Program-made: the position numbers and the translations under genes
Notes under the pieces: model-generated
What the model was told of the DNA's origin: nothing
The model's input: the letters and a program-made list of their open reading frames with translations, nothing else
Databases searched by the model: none
Shown here: positions 38,568 to 51,928 of the stretch, one piece after another
Position numbering within the stretch: the first letter of the stretch is position 1
Layout: each line of letters opens with the position of its first letter
Assembly (NCBI GenBank): GCA_047495785.1
Contig: JBLDXI010000042.1
Span: 620,001-684,000 of the forward strand
Length of the DNA: 64,000 bases
Origin: Lepidodermella squamata
Taxonomy: Eukaryota; Animalia; Gastrotricha
Reading direction: 5' to 3'

Positions 38568-41500
38568 TTCCAATCTTGACATTTCACTTTGGTGAACCAC
38601 TGCCGCTCGAAATATTCAATAAAAAGCTTAAACCTCAGACGATCAGCTGCAGACAATTTATCCTTGATCAGCTGAAAAGCTGCAGGAACCTTGCGCACAG
38701 GAATAAGAGGCAATGCCATCAGTCTTTTCGCAAGCAATCGAAATGAGGAACCGAGAGTCGAGTAGTCGCCGATGAATCCCTTCTTTTGGATCCAGCGAAT
38801 CACCGCTTGTTTGAAGTGAAAAAGGCATCCCACAAAATTAGCCCCAGGAAAGGCCTTCTTGATTGCTGGATTGAGGCCGGTTTCGAAATCGGCGGTTATT
38901 GTCAGCTTTCTCGAATTCGCCCAACCTGGAGACACTCGATCCATCTCGGCCGTTAAAGATAATTTTATTGATAATTCGCGTTAAAGACACCAAGGTAAAG
39001 CCGCTTCTTCTTCCCGGTCATCAGCACATAACATGCTGGCAGGGCGAAACCGTTTTTCAGCACATGTATCGTAAAACACTGGAAGAAAATATCGGGAACT
39101 ATGGAAAAAGTCCCGTCCATGAACCAGCGATCATTCGACGCGAGTAATCCAAACATTTCGTCGGTCGCGAAAAGGCAAAAAGACCCGATAACTCCGATCG
39201 TAATAAGCGAGCGTAAAAACGTAGCGTTAACTTGAGACAACAAATACTTTCGAGCAGGGTGATTAACATCAGACTCAGCCGCCGTCCATGTTTCTTTCAG
39301 CTCATCCAACGTTTTCGGCTGCTTGGGATATACTGCCCGGCGTGCCTTGTAGAGAGATTTGCTCATCGACTCGAATGACGGTGGTCGCAGCTACCTCGGG
39401 GTCCGTATTAGCCAGATTTCCCTTGGCAGTTTTGAACAGCTCGGGTACAGGCTGGTTCACTTTGGCAGCTGATTCTTGCTTCAACCCAGCTTGAACGACT
39501 CGCTTACGGATCACTGCATCACGACGGTCATGGCTATGTGAATCTGAAATAATTATTTAAATTATTTTCAATTTTCAAGAATTTTTTAATTTTTAATTTA
39601 TTTAACTTGAAATTTAATATTTTTTTATAATAATAATTTTGTGATTTTTTAATTAAATTAAATTTTTAATTAACAATTATTTATCGACTCACTTCCGCGG
39701 TAGTACTTATCACCGACTTTGACGACTGTTCCGTTGCATTTTCGTGTACACCGCAAGTTGTCTCGATAAGAATGGCCATCATCACCAACCAGCATTGGCT
39801 TGCCCTTTGTGGTTGAGCTCATGCTAATTCGAACCTCTTGCCTGGTCTCATTCCGCACTTCGACTTCGAGTTCGACTTCGACTTCATCGATAGCGTCAAA
39901 AGCTTCGGCATCGACTTCTATTTCCGGTAATTGCACGAGCTGTTGCGGCTGCTGAAGGTTTTGCTGTTGTTGCTGCTGCTGCTGTTGCGAAATTCGATCG
40001 AAAACAAGCTGAGCTGCCTCTGCTATGGCTTTCGTCATATCAATGGCGCTGAGCGAAGGTGTAGCAGGAATGAGGCCGGCCGCGGCATGACCGAAAAAAG
40101 CCGGCGTTGTAGGTAAGTTAACGACCAGTGGCGAACTCGGCGTTTTTGGCTGCTCTGTATCTTCAGCAACAGTTTCCAAGACTTGATCAACTGCCACATT
40201 TGATAACACCTTTTTAGGGCGCCCTCTTTTACGAACTCCTGCTGCCTTTTCGACAATAGGCACTTTCGGAGTGTCGAACTTAGAATTGCGGGTTTCTCTA
40301 ACCATAATTATCAATAAAATCAATAAAACAGTGTTGATAGCGTTGAGTGAGAAGTGTGTGAATTTCCCCTTGGTATCTTGCGCCTGTATCATATGCGCAA
40401 GAGTTGTTTGTTTACCTGCAGGTGTTCACCAAGACACTCGTGCGCACCTTTCGCTAACATTTGTTTGTAAATCTGGTGCGGGCGTGTTCATAACTCACAC
40501 TTAACAACGAGCTCGCACAACGATGCGCAAATTTATTTTTAATTGAACTGCAGTATGCGCAAGTTACCTAAATTACTCATGTGCGCAAGTTACTAAGTGC
40601 GCAAAAGGCAAATGCGCAAGTTACCTAAATTACTCTTGTGCGCAAGTTACTTTGCGCATGTTCCAATATACCTATGTGTTGCAACACATTCTAATAAGTG
40701 AAATCGAAATCTGCTTCGAGCTTCGAGCCATTCATTTTTAAAATGGATGGAAAAATGATTAAGAAAATGAAGAAAAAAGGATGGAACTAAAATCAATGGA
40801 TGTAATGAAGAAGCTTGTTCCCAAATTTATTTGAATATGAATTCAACTTGAACTAGAGAATAGTAGAAAAAAAATTGATAAAACGAAATTGTTTTGTTGT
40901 TAACTTTCAGGGATTAATAAAATAAAAATATTTTTATAAAACCCTGAAAATTTAATGTTTACAAATTATTACCACTGTCGGCCTGACGGCCTTTGACAGT
41001 TGACGAGGAGCTCCCTGGCAGTATCGTTAGCGCTGCGCCAAAACAACCAATTTATTATTCATAGCTTTCTTATGAAAAGTATGTTCGACCCTTCAACGTA
41101 AGTTCAAATAGGCCGAACGTACTCCTTCTTTACGTTCGGCTCGTCAAAGGTCAAAGTACGACCGAATGAGTCATCAAAGTCGTTGTTTTGGCGCGTCGCT
41201 ACCGATATATGATTCGGTCTTTTCCGTCAACGATATAAATTCATTGGATGAATTCAGTGATGGCTTTTGATTTCGGCATTACTCCAAACTATTCGATAGT
41301 TCTCAAAGTATTCCAATTGAAATAGCTCTTGCTAATATGAGCGGCAACTATTTACAAACAGGATACGGCTATTCGAAGGATGTCGGTTCAAATCGTATTG
41401 CCGAATTCGTTGATTATTAATTGACGCACGCTACCGCTAATATCTTTTTTTGCCGCGCCATACACGGTTTAACTGACCTTTGCTTTTGCGATGTGTGTGA

Positions 41501-41612
41501 CTTCAAAATAAAAAATGGTAAAAATTGCTATCATGGAAATTCATTTTTATGACTTCGTCGTAATTCAAGATTCAAGATGGCTTGAATGTACATGTAACAC
41601 GGCCAGTGGCCA

Positions 41613-41940
41613 CACTGTAAAAAAATGCTGGCTTTTAAGACCGTCTTTTTAGACTGGTTCGATCTAAACAATCCGGCAAATGAATAAATTAATAAGCAGA
41701 TTTTGAGAAGTGGGATTTTTAACCTTTGCGACTTATGAACCGTTGTTTGATGCTGATGCATTTTGATTAAAAAATAATCTAGGAGCTTTTTAAACCCTGA
41801 ATTATTTAACAGTCTAATTAACCTCGAGCGAATTATTTTTCTGGATTAATTAGAAGGCTGGGACGGGCCTTATTAGCTTAATTTCGACTGTATACGAGGG
41901 TTCTTAAAAGCCGCTAAAAACCGGGATTTTTTTTACAGTG
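41613..41940. mobile_element. CACTG-terminated MITE (CACTA/EnSpm-like)
   Basis: CA|CACTGTAAAAAAA ... TTTTTTTACAGTG|CA, giving a 2-bp TSD. Confidence 0.75.
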
Positions 41941-42830
41941 CAGTCAAAGTGTTACAATTGATTGGGCCGAAGTTCGCGCGTTTGTGAAAGGAAATCTAAA
42001 CGTCGGAAAACTATTACGAGAACCGAGAGCCATTCGCATTGGCAGCCATTGGCACGGCATTGCCATCGAACCATCGGCCTATAAATTCAAAAATATAATT
42101 AGATTAATAATTTATTGAAATTCCGAAAATTGAAATTTAATAATTGAATTTCAATTTTTCCTGAACCGCAATTTCTTGAAAATAACTTGCCTTGTTTTGG
42201 AGTTTAAATTAAGTGACCAATCGGGTGCTGAAGTCACCGTCATCGTGGCGCATTTCAAGCTCTAAAAACATTAAGAAAATTTAATTAGGGTTGAATTATT
42301 ATTGTAAGGCTTGAGAAGCAATTGGAATAAAATCAGACTTAAAGATTTTTTTCTAAAATGGTACAAACAAATTACGTTCAATGCGTCGCTGCTACCGCAG
42401 TCGATTGGCGTTAGAAGGAGAGTTGGCGAGACCACATTGACGGCTGTTTGCCAGGCACCGGTGCTACTACAAAAATATAAAGTGCGGGCAAATGATTTGA
42501 AGGTATAAATTATTTCCGGGTCAAAGAAAAGAAATAACTTGCTTTTAGCCCCTTTTACACTACTACTATGCGAATGGTAAATGATGGTAATTGATGGTAA
42601 TTACTTTATTGTTGAATAACAAGGATTAGCTTGTTTTAGCTCATTTTCACGCTTTTAGCCGCTTTTACACTACTACTATGCGAATGGTAAATGATGGTAA
42701 TTACAAATGATTGTATAACAGCCGAAAAGGATTATGAAACACAGTGAAATAAAATAAGGGTTCTTTTCAGTTGAATTTTATGCTTTGCGTCATTTTTCAC
42801 TTTTTATCATCTTGCGGTTCATCGTGTGTC

Positions 42831-43560
42831 ATGGCGAATAATCACCGCTGGTCCTTTTAAGAGACAGGATTTTTAATTTCTTTGCTGGGAGATCAGCATA
42901 AATTAGCTGCATCGATGGGCGCAAATGTCATAACTTATGATCACGGCCGCATACAACAGCAATTGGCTGATAACCGCATGCATGTCTCTAAAACTGAGGT
43001 TACCAACAAAATCAGCAACTTAACCAAGGCATACAAGCAGGAGTGCGCCCGGCTCTTGGAGACTGGCGAGCAAGCCTCGGCAATGCCATTCTTCTACGAG
43101 CTCAACGAGTTTATGGCAGAGAAGGCCGGATCAAAGCCGCTCGGCGATGCCATCGATTCCGGGCTGCAACTACCTGTTCATCGCCTGGATTCCGGGATGG
43201 ATGATCGCGGGGATGTGATCGCCATCAAAGTCGAGCCTACAGCGCCGCCTGTTTTCAATACCAACGTCCGCAGAAAAGCTACTTCTACGAACACTGGTAC
43301 AGCGAGCACCAGCACAGCCGGCTGCTTGGCTGAATTCAGAGCAGAAGTACCCACTGGTGTGACTGCCGCAACAAGCACCTTTGAAAAAAGCCGGCGAAGG
43401 AGGCTTCAAACGCAGTCCGAAAGGAGGCTTCAAACGCCACAGCGACTGGCTGAAAAGCCAATTAGCCGACGAGCAGGTAATTGAGAAGGAAATGATCAAA
43501 AACGAGGACGAAAGTTTGAAAATTGAGAAGCGGCGTTTGGAGCTGGAAGAAAAGAGGTAG
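42831..43560 (+). pseudogene. Myb/SANT-like (trihelix/MADF) DNA-binding protein relic, probably the PIF/Harbinger accessory ORF
   Basis: MANNHRWSF*ETGFLISLL...EVTNKISNLTKAYK...MPFFYELNEFM, followed by a coiled-coil tail (LKIEKRRLELEEKR) in a shifted frame. There is an in-frame TAA at ~42858. Confidence 0.65.
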
Positions 43561-43683
43561 TGAATTTTAATAAATTTTTAATATATCGAGCTTTATTTAA
43601 CCAAGCCAATTTTTTTTAAATTTTCTTATTTTCCACATCTCACCAGCTCTCAACACAGCTGATCCCAAATTATTGATTCATTA

Positions 43684-46600
43684 TTGATCCCAAAACTGAT
43701 CCCGAATCCGTCTGATAGCCTTGCGGTATCCGACGTGTCCACCGTTGGGTAAGTCGTGCGAATGGTACAAAATCAGAGGGCGCAATTTCTTTGGTACAAC
43801 AATGGCCAACTCACGCGTTGCCAACTTTTTGCACCAGACGCCTTCCCTTGCAGCGTCCTCAACCAAGTCGTTGTCTTCTCGGGCCACCAAAAGCGTGCGC
43901 CAGTCGCCACTTTCTACCTTTTGACCACCCGACTTCGCCCTTATTGCGGGTCCGAATTCGTCGTCAACCAACTGCTCACTCCGCAATTCTTTCATGTCGA
44001 TTTGGAAGCACTCCTTGGAAATCATGTTACAACAACCGTGGCTTTCTTCTTCGAGCTTTTCCGGAAAGCATCTCGTGAGGGCATCGGCGTATTGCTTCGT
44101 GCCTGGTACGTGAACTGCGTCGAATTTGAACTGCTGAAGTTCGTGTATCCACCGCCAGAATTTCGGGGGAGGGTCTTTGAACGACATTAGCCAAGTTAGT
44201 GGCCGATGATCCGTTCGCAGCTCGAAACGATCATGCAGATAGACCTTGAATCTCTTCGTGACCGCCCAATAGATGGCCAATGCTTCGCGATGAATCGTCG
44301 AATAGCGGCGTTCGGCCTTGTCGAGAGACCGACTCGCCGACGAAATCAATCTTAGCTTTCCCTCCTGCTGCTGACATAATAGAGCGCCGATGCCGATGTT
44401 TGAAGCGTTCGTGTAAACGACAAACGGTTTGTTGAGATCTGGAACGCCCAGAACTGGAGCTTTCAGAAACGCTTCCTTGGCGTTATTGAACGCATTCAAC
44501 CTTTCTTCTGTCCACCTTATCTGTTTACCACGTTCATTCGCCGCGTCCAGCCAGTCATCTCAGTGATGTTGGCCGTGAAGCCTCTCAGGAAGCTCGCCAA
44601 TCCTAGAAAAGCGCGCATTTTCTTCGGCGTTGTCGGTAACTCGTAGTTTCGAATGGCTTCGAGATGCTTTGGCAGCGCCCAGATGCCACCCTCAGAGATT
44701 TCGTGCCCGATGAACTTGATTTTGCGCTGAAACAACTTACAATTCGACGGTTTGATCTGCAGGTCGTGACTGCGAAATCTGTCAAGCATCTCCTTCGACC
44801 TCGCGAGCATTTCTTCCTCGGTGTCACCCCAGATAACAATCCATGTAGTAGACCAGGATCTTGCAAGTCAACCCGTCCAGAACCGTGCTGATCATTCGGC
44901 AATAGACTGTGCCGGCGTTTTTCAACCCGAAAGGCATGCGCGTAAACGCATAGTGGCCGTCTCTGGTCCTTACCCTGAGGTACTTTTGCGATTCTTTGTC
45001 AACCGGAATGGCCCAGTAAGCGCTTTGCATATCTAGTACGCAGTAGAACTTGTGTCCAGCGGCTTCAACAAGTCGGCCATCAGCGGTATTTCTTGAGACA
45101 CATCTTCCGTCAAATCGTTGATCGGCGTCAAATCGATTGCTACCCTAGGATTCTCCGGATCCTTCGTCTTTTCGAGTACAACCTCGCTTATCCAGGGTGT
45201 GTTTGTTTTGACGACAATTCCTTGTTCTTCCAGTTGCTTGAACTTCTTGGCGATGGATTCTTGGTCTTTCTCGGACCGCCTTCGAGGCTCGGCCTTGACC
45301 GGTTTTGCTGCTGGGTTCGTTATCTTGATCGAAAACGTTGCCGACTTGGTCTCTTTAACCTTGCCGTCGAACGAGAAGCAGTCGCTTAAGTCCCCAATCA
45401 GCTTGAACAGCTTTGCCTTGGCCTCGTCCGATATCTCACTACCTACTTCAACCGCGCTGAAGTCTTCAACCTTCGACCTGTCTGGTGGAAAGAGTGCGCT
45501 ATCATCTTCACCTTCTTCTCGTGGCTCGTCGTCTTCGCAGTCCTGGAACCATTCTTCCGACCTTTTGCGCAGGTAAGGTAGAGCCGGTTGCTCCCACCCT
45601 ATTTCTGCATTGAGCACGGTCATGACGTTTCCGAGTTTCTCAACATTAGGCATCTGAACGCTCCAGCTGCTGCTATGACGGTTCTGATCCTTCCTTCATG
45701 AAAATCAACCATTGCCCGATTCCTGATGAGAAAATCAAGGCCCAGCAACAACCCGCAGCTGAGATTTTTAACTACCTGAACATTTTGGCTGAACTTCAAA
45801 TTTCCAAGATGAAAGTCCACCGGTCCGCAACCCATCGTGTTCTAACGGCCACTGTCTGCCTGCTTGTAAGTGATGGCTTTGGTGACGGACAAGTTGAACG
45901 CCTTTGCCACCTCCTCGCTAACCAGAGACATCGTGGAGCCGCAATCTACCAACGTCAGGACTTTCTGACCGTTCTTCATGAGCACGTTTACTGCCAGGAA
46001 TGTATCCGAAGGAACGCACTTGAAGCCGTCACACAACGCGTAGACGTATCCTTTAGCTTTCTTACTACACAACCGCTGAAATTTCTTGGAAATTTGTCAC
46101 TCCAGCCGTTATTTACAACCTTACTGTCAACCTCAGCTGCCTTCATTCTACCTTCAACCTCTTCAACCTTCTTCTCCTCCATCTTCTGCGCTGAACCCGC
46201 CAACTTAGGCCCAGCGCCCGCCTTGGCTTGCTGGGCCTTCTTCACAAATTTTGGTTCGGCTTGGGGCAGTCACGACGAACGTGACCAGGCTACCCACAAC
46301 CGTAGCACGAGTCCATCGGTGCTCCTTCCTTTGTGGTCGGGCAGTATTGCGCGACGTGACCTTGATGTCGACAGGCGTAACAACCTGTGAAATCGCGACT
46401 TGGCGTTGCCGAGACCGGTTTGTTGTTGCCCGCGCTCCTTGTTGTCGGTCTACCCGGCGCCGTGCTTGGTGGCTACCTGTTGGCGCTTACCGGCTGCGGT
46501 CTGGGACTTGGCCCGCCCCAAGCGCCCACGTTCGAATTGATTGGCTGGCGACTCGTTTGCTGCGCGACGTGTAAGAGCTGGCTAAGTTGTTGGATCTTCA

Positions 46601-47625
46601 CGTCTTGAAACACGATCATCTCCTGGTCCTTCGTCTTCATGTCTGCCAGGGCTTGCAGTTTCGACCCCAGGTCAGTCACCATGCTGCGTAATTTCTCCAA
46701 CTCCTCGTCCCTCGCCGTCCTGGCGTTGACCTCTGACATGCTCTCAGCGACCTTCCCCTGGCTTCTGGCGATCTCACACGCGGTTTCCCACGTTAGAGTG
46801 CCTGCGACCACCTTCCGGGCGAGTTTCTCTTGCGTGCGCTGGCATGCGAGCGCTCGGCGCAGTGTCTCGACCATGTGCCCGTTGACTTGCGCTTGCGGCA
46901 CTTCTAGTTCAACCAACTTCTCGCCAAACAACCTGACCTCGCGGATCAGTTCGTCAACCGGCTGCTTCTGCTTTATTGTCGCCGCCTTCGTGATGAGTTC
47001 TTTCTTCGCGGGTGGCTTGTCGACCGCCTTGATCAGCGCTCTTTTGACCGTCTCGTAAGACGCAGTACGAGGGTCGACGTCAACCATTATGCGGTCCATG
47101 TCCAACATGAGCTGGCCAGGAAGCGCCAACCTTAACGCATTTATCCACGCCATAGGCGGGACCTTGCGCGCCAACCACACGCTCTCGGCTTCAATTAAGA
47201 AATCCGTGAGCGTTTGCTTGCCAAGCACGAATTTGCCAACCTGAGGAATGGTCGAATCCTCCGTGGGCAGAGTTTTCAGCGTTGCTCCTTGAAAGCTCGC
47301 CATCTACCTTATCAACCTTATCAACCTTATCAACCTTATCAACCTTGATCAACCGTAAGCAACCAAATAAAGGAGGGAAAAAAATTTCAGCTACTACTAC
47401 AACCAACTTCCGGGTCTCGGTGCCAGTGTGAGGGTCCCCGGTTTAAAACTAACACAAAATAACAACCAAACAGCTTTATTCGTAAGAGAACTGATCTTCA
47501 GGGCCACATGGGGCCAGTTTATATACAGTAGGGGCACGCGCCCTTGGGTTGGCGGGATGCGACAGGTGGTCCCTTGGCACGGGTGCAGCGACGGGCGCGT
47601 GCTGGCCAAGTGACTGCTGGTCACA
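43684..47625 (-). mobile_element. Ty3/Gypsy LTR retrotransposon, degenerate and 3'-truncated
   Basis: Order is 5' LTR, PBS, gag (from 47303), protease LVDCGS, RT (RMPFGLKNA; YMD), RNase H (YTNAS..IGA..REAL..TDH) and the start of the integrase zinc finger (HDLPNGGHVG). The integrase core and 3' LTR are absent. Confidence 0.93.
47409..47625 (-). repeat. Gypsy 5' LTR (47427-47625) plus primer-binding site
   Basis: TGTGA...TCACA termini with internal TATATAAA and AATAAA. The adjacent TGGCACCGAGACCCGGA resembles a tRNA-Phe PBS. Confidence 0.8.
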
Positions 47626-48281
47626 GATATTTATTAATCCGTCATGAGACTATTAATTTTTCCAATTTTTTAGAAATTGAATTTCCTTTGAATTTCCTCA
47701 TTTGAATCTGAGCTCAGTTGAATTTCCTCGCAATTGGTTTCCAATATATTTCTCCAGTCACACTTTACACAAACGATAAACCAAATTCAACTGAATTAGT
47801 AGAGATTTTTACCTCAATGCTCTCGAGCCTCAAGCCTCAATAATAATTTCATGGCAATTCTGATCGTGAAAAGTGTATTTTATTCCGCTCGCTTTACTTA
47901 TGACAATCACTTTCCACATTAAAAAAATCTGCTGAATCGATCGATCGATGAATTATGCCAGGAAAAATTAATTCTTGTACTGCTTTTATATGTTATATGG
48001 CTGGCGGCTGAGGCCATCTTCTTTCGAATTTGTCATTGTTTTATTCTTAAATTGTTCCCATATTTCACCTGGAATTGCGATTGAAGTTTTCTCGTTATTT
48101 ATCGATGCATATGTTATCAAAAATGTTATCAAAAAGTCGTTCGCATCACGAAATCGAAAGAAGCGTATCAAATCAAGCGTGGGTTCAATTAATAACATTA
48201 TAGCAATAATTACTGATTCAATCAAGCGAGCCGCGAGTCGATTATTTCGCAATAAATATTGAAAAAATACTTCTGAAATGC

Positions 48282-49960
48282 CATGGTTTCAAACGGCTTT
48301 CACTGGACATAGAAGAATTGATAACATTAATCCGACTTCCGACTCTCAATATTTTATTCCTTTACTTACTTTAGACTTACTTTGGAAAATTCCATAGAAT
48401 AAGCCGCAGATTTGCTGGAGGAAATCGATGAAAAAATGCAGCTACAAGAAAAATGACCGAAAAATCACAAGTCGTAAAAAGCGATGAGAAAGGCGCGTCG
48501 TTGGCTATTTTACGCTCCTCCAATGCCTAAGCCTATCTGAGGCCAACTTCGAATTGATGAGAAAAAGGCTGAAATCGTCACATTTTTGAAAAATTGGGCA
48601 AAGCCTAAATAAGGCCAAATTCGAGGTTGCGATTTTTTGTCATTTTCAGCCGAATCTCAGAAAGCCAATCGAAGCCTAACTTGGAGGTTGGTCATTTTGC
48701 CGCGAGGCCAAGCAAAAAATGACAACTTTGGAATAGCCTGTCTGAGGCCAAGTTGGCGTTGAAAAAGAGGGCTGAGGCTAAAAACTCCAACTGAGCCTAC
48801 CATTTTCCGACAGGGGGCGTTCAGGTGAAAACTAAGGTATATTTAGACATTTTACATATGCGGGAAATAAAGTTTCTTGAATTTTCCAACAATAGATGGT
48901 GCGTCATTTCGTCGATATCGGACTGATTTCGGACGACGGGGGACGAATACGCCGCCGAGGGTCAATTGTCATCGGATTCAACTTCTCATGCTACTGAATC
49001 GAGCAACAATTCGAAGAAATCAGACGGATCCTCGCAAGCTTTGGGAAGCCAAAACCGGAAAACTACGTCAAGCCAAAGAAAATATTGTCTTCAAACAACG
49101 TTGAACGGATAAGCGGATAGCGGATAAGCTGGCTCTGAATTGCTGTGAAAAGCTGGTTGAACGCAGTATATGCCGTTGACTCTAACTTTTTCGCGCGCAT
49201 CATCACATTGTGAAACTAACAGCTGCCCTGTCGGAAAATCGTAGGCTCAGTTGGGGTTTTTGGCCTCAGCCTGTTTTTTCATCGCCAACTTGGCCTCAGA
49301 TAGGCTATTCAAAAGTTATTCGTCCCCCGTCGTCCGAAATCAGTCCGATATCGACGAAATGACGCACCATCTATTGTTGGAAAATTCAAGAAACTTTATT
49401 TCCCGCATATGTAAAATGTCTAAATATACCTTAGTTTTCACCTGAACGCCCCCTGTCGGAAAATGGTAGGCTCAGTTGGAGTTTTTAGCCTCAGCCCTCT
49501 TTTTCAACGCCAACTTGGCCTCAGATAGGCTATTCCAAAGTTGTCATTTTTTGCTTGGCCTCGCGGCAAAATGTCCAACCTTCAAATTAGGCTTCGATAG
49601 GCTTCGAATGACAAAAAATCGCAACCTCGAATTTGGCCTTATTTAGCTCTGCTAATTTTTTGAAAAATTTGACGAATTCAGCCGTTTGCAGACCTATTCG
49701 AAGTTGGCCTCATATAGGCTTAAGCATTGGAGGAGCCCAAAATAGCCAACGTCACGTGATTTTCATCATTTTCACGACTTGTGATTTTTCAGTCATTTAA
49801 CTCCATTTTTCGATGTTTTATCGATTTCCTCCAGCAAATCTGCAGCTTTCTGTGAAGTTCTTCCAAGTATTCCAGCAGGAGTAAAATAGCGAGTCGGAAT
49901 AGTGTCGTTCAAATTCTACGTCCAGTGAAATATTGGAAATATTACCCGTTTGAAACCATG
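48282..49960. repeat. Large palindrome: two inverted copies of a CCCTGTCGGAAAAT-terminated repeat plus a near-perfect inner inverted duplication
   Basis: ~48693-48949 and 49317-~49573 are almost identical in reverse complement. The outer arms are visibly diverged. A third family member lies at ~55430-55850. Confidence 0.9.
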
Positions 49961-51928
49961 CATGGAATTTTAGATGATAATTCGAATAAATATATTACAG
50001 CGTGTTTCGCAGTATCTATCAATTCGGCAACTTTTTGTAGGCAATTTAAAAAAATTTCCGATAGAACCTACCGATAGAAACTTCCATCTTTTATCCGTGA
50101 TTTAACCGAAGAAATTAAAAATTTATTAGAGAAAACCCTGGAAACCCCGATGTTAACTGGTTCGCGGTAATTTCGGCATTTGACCCGGTTGGACCAAATT
50201 TCTCTGGACTTTTCTAATCCCATTAAAAAGAGACATAATTGATCACTGTTCTCGTGATTTTTCTCGTGATCTCAGCCATGTAAAGCCATCATTAATTTTT
50301 CCTGGCTTTTTCTCACAATTCTCACAAAAATCGTGATTTTCTAGATTTGTTCAAATAATCAGGATAAGACTAGGCTGTAGTTAGGGAGCTTGTAGAGCCT
50401 ATCGACATGAGCAGACTTAAGAATAACGTATCAGAATAATTTAAATGGGATTATAAGTCCGGAGAAATTATATCCAACCGGGTAAAGTAACGAAAATTAC
50501 CGCGAACAAGTTACCATTAGGGTCTTCCGTGTTTTCTACGGTAAATTTGATTTTCCTTCAGTTAAATCGCGAATAAAAGGTAGTTTTATTTAAAAATTAC
50601 AATTAAAGTTCCATTTATGAAGGGCAGAACCTGAATCGAGGGCAAGGTTTTCTGGTCATTGAAAAACTATTAAACCAAAATAGAGGGCAGGTGCCTTTTA
50701 TCAATCTCTTAGTACTATTTACGAAACTAATTTGAAATATTTTGAAAATTTTCTAAAATCAAGATTTTCGTCAATTTGTCAACAAATAGAAACTAGAAAC
50801 GGGAAAGCGGCTCAAGCACCCAATGAGAATGCTGCTAAAGTTACACTTTTTCTACAAGTGAAGTAATTTTATGAGGCAGAACCGGAATAGAAGACAGACC
50901 TCGAATTGAAGGCAGCGGTTGCCGGGCGTTTGAAAAAAAATAGAAGATAGTTCGGTATTTACGGTAGTTGAATTTTCTACAGAAAGTTGCCAAATTCACT
51001 AATATTTGCCAAAATTCTTGGAGACGGTAATAAAAATTGTCTAACCCCAGGCGTTGGGGCAAGTATCTGGTTTGAAATTAATTTTCGAATGAATTAATAA
51101 TTTAGGGGTCTTCTTCTAGGAATTAATAAATTAACCACTGAACCGAAAAATCAAACAGTCAAGCGATCTTCAATTTTCTAGAAAAATAAATAAATTGAAC
51201 AGCAGATTATTATGCTCTAAATGCTCAGGGGGTTTGAGTTACAAAAAATGTAGTTTCGAAAAATGTGGGAGAATGTAAAAATTGTTTAAAATAGAAAATG
51301 CTGTGAAAATTCGATTGGCAATTAAAACGGAAATATTTGAATTTCTTGAACAATTTCAGGCCACAGTTCTCAATTAGTGATCAGCAGGTATAACATGAGC
51401 TTATTTGAAGCTCACCCCAGCGTACCCCATAGCCCATAGCCCATAGTCGTTGGCTCGGTGAAACCCAAAGTCAGCCAAAAATAAACAATTGCATTAAAAT
51501 TACGACCCAGTTTTCGAGGTCAAATTTCATTGTTGCGTTATCACGCGCGATTGTTACGCAGCTGTCATTGTGATGCAAACAGTAACGGCGTCTAAAAGGT
51601 AGAATTATTTTCTTTCATTTTCGGTTTTTTGCTTCTCGAAAGCAAGTCATTATTTTTCCGTTTTAATTTTCAAGGCAATTAAACCAATTTTTCTATCAAT
51701 TTCATGGCCTGTGCTCTCATTTTTCGAAATTCATGAGCGACTTGAGTAATCAAATCTCAAACTAGTTAAACAAAAAACCAGCTACTAATTGTGTATTTCG
51801 GGAAAGTGTAAAATTCGAGTAGATTTCGATAATTCCCTCAAGGCCTGAGGTTTGGCATTTTTTGGTATTTTTTCTCTACCAAAATGCATTAGTAAAAATT
51901 TACCGCAGTACAGTGCTCCCTCGTTAGT

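Larger units (their letters stand above)
36864..40672 (-). mobile_element. Mutator-like element (MULE) with long TIRs and a disrupted transposase
   Basis: ~100-bp TIRs are built from GTAACTTGCGCA repeats, with TSD TATGTGTT(G) on both sides. Transposase motifs are WFMDGTF, ADFE..GCLFHF and RTNNFVEGWN, with a FLYWCH-like N-terminal exon. The frame is broken by frameshifts and an insertion. Confidence 0.92.

Noticed and set aside
42541-42703. ~55-bp direct duplication, plus small tandem repeats at ~2322, ~47307 and ~63830
   Set aside because: Ordinary local slippage or duplication with no evidence of function.
43721-47058. Plus-strand ORFs up to 230 aa
   Set aside because: Antisense shadows of Gypsy gag-pol.
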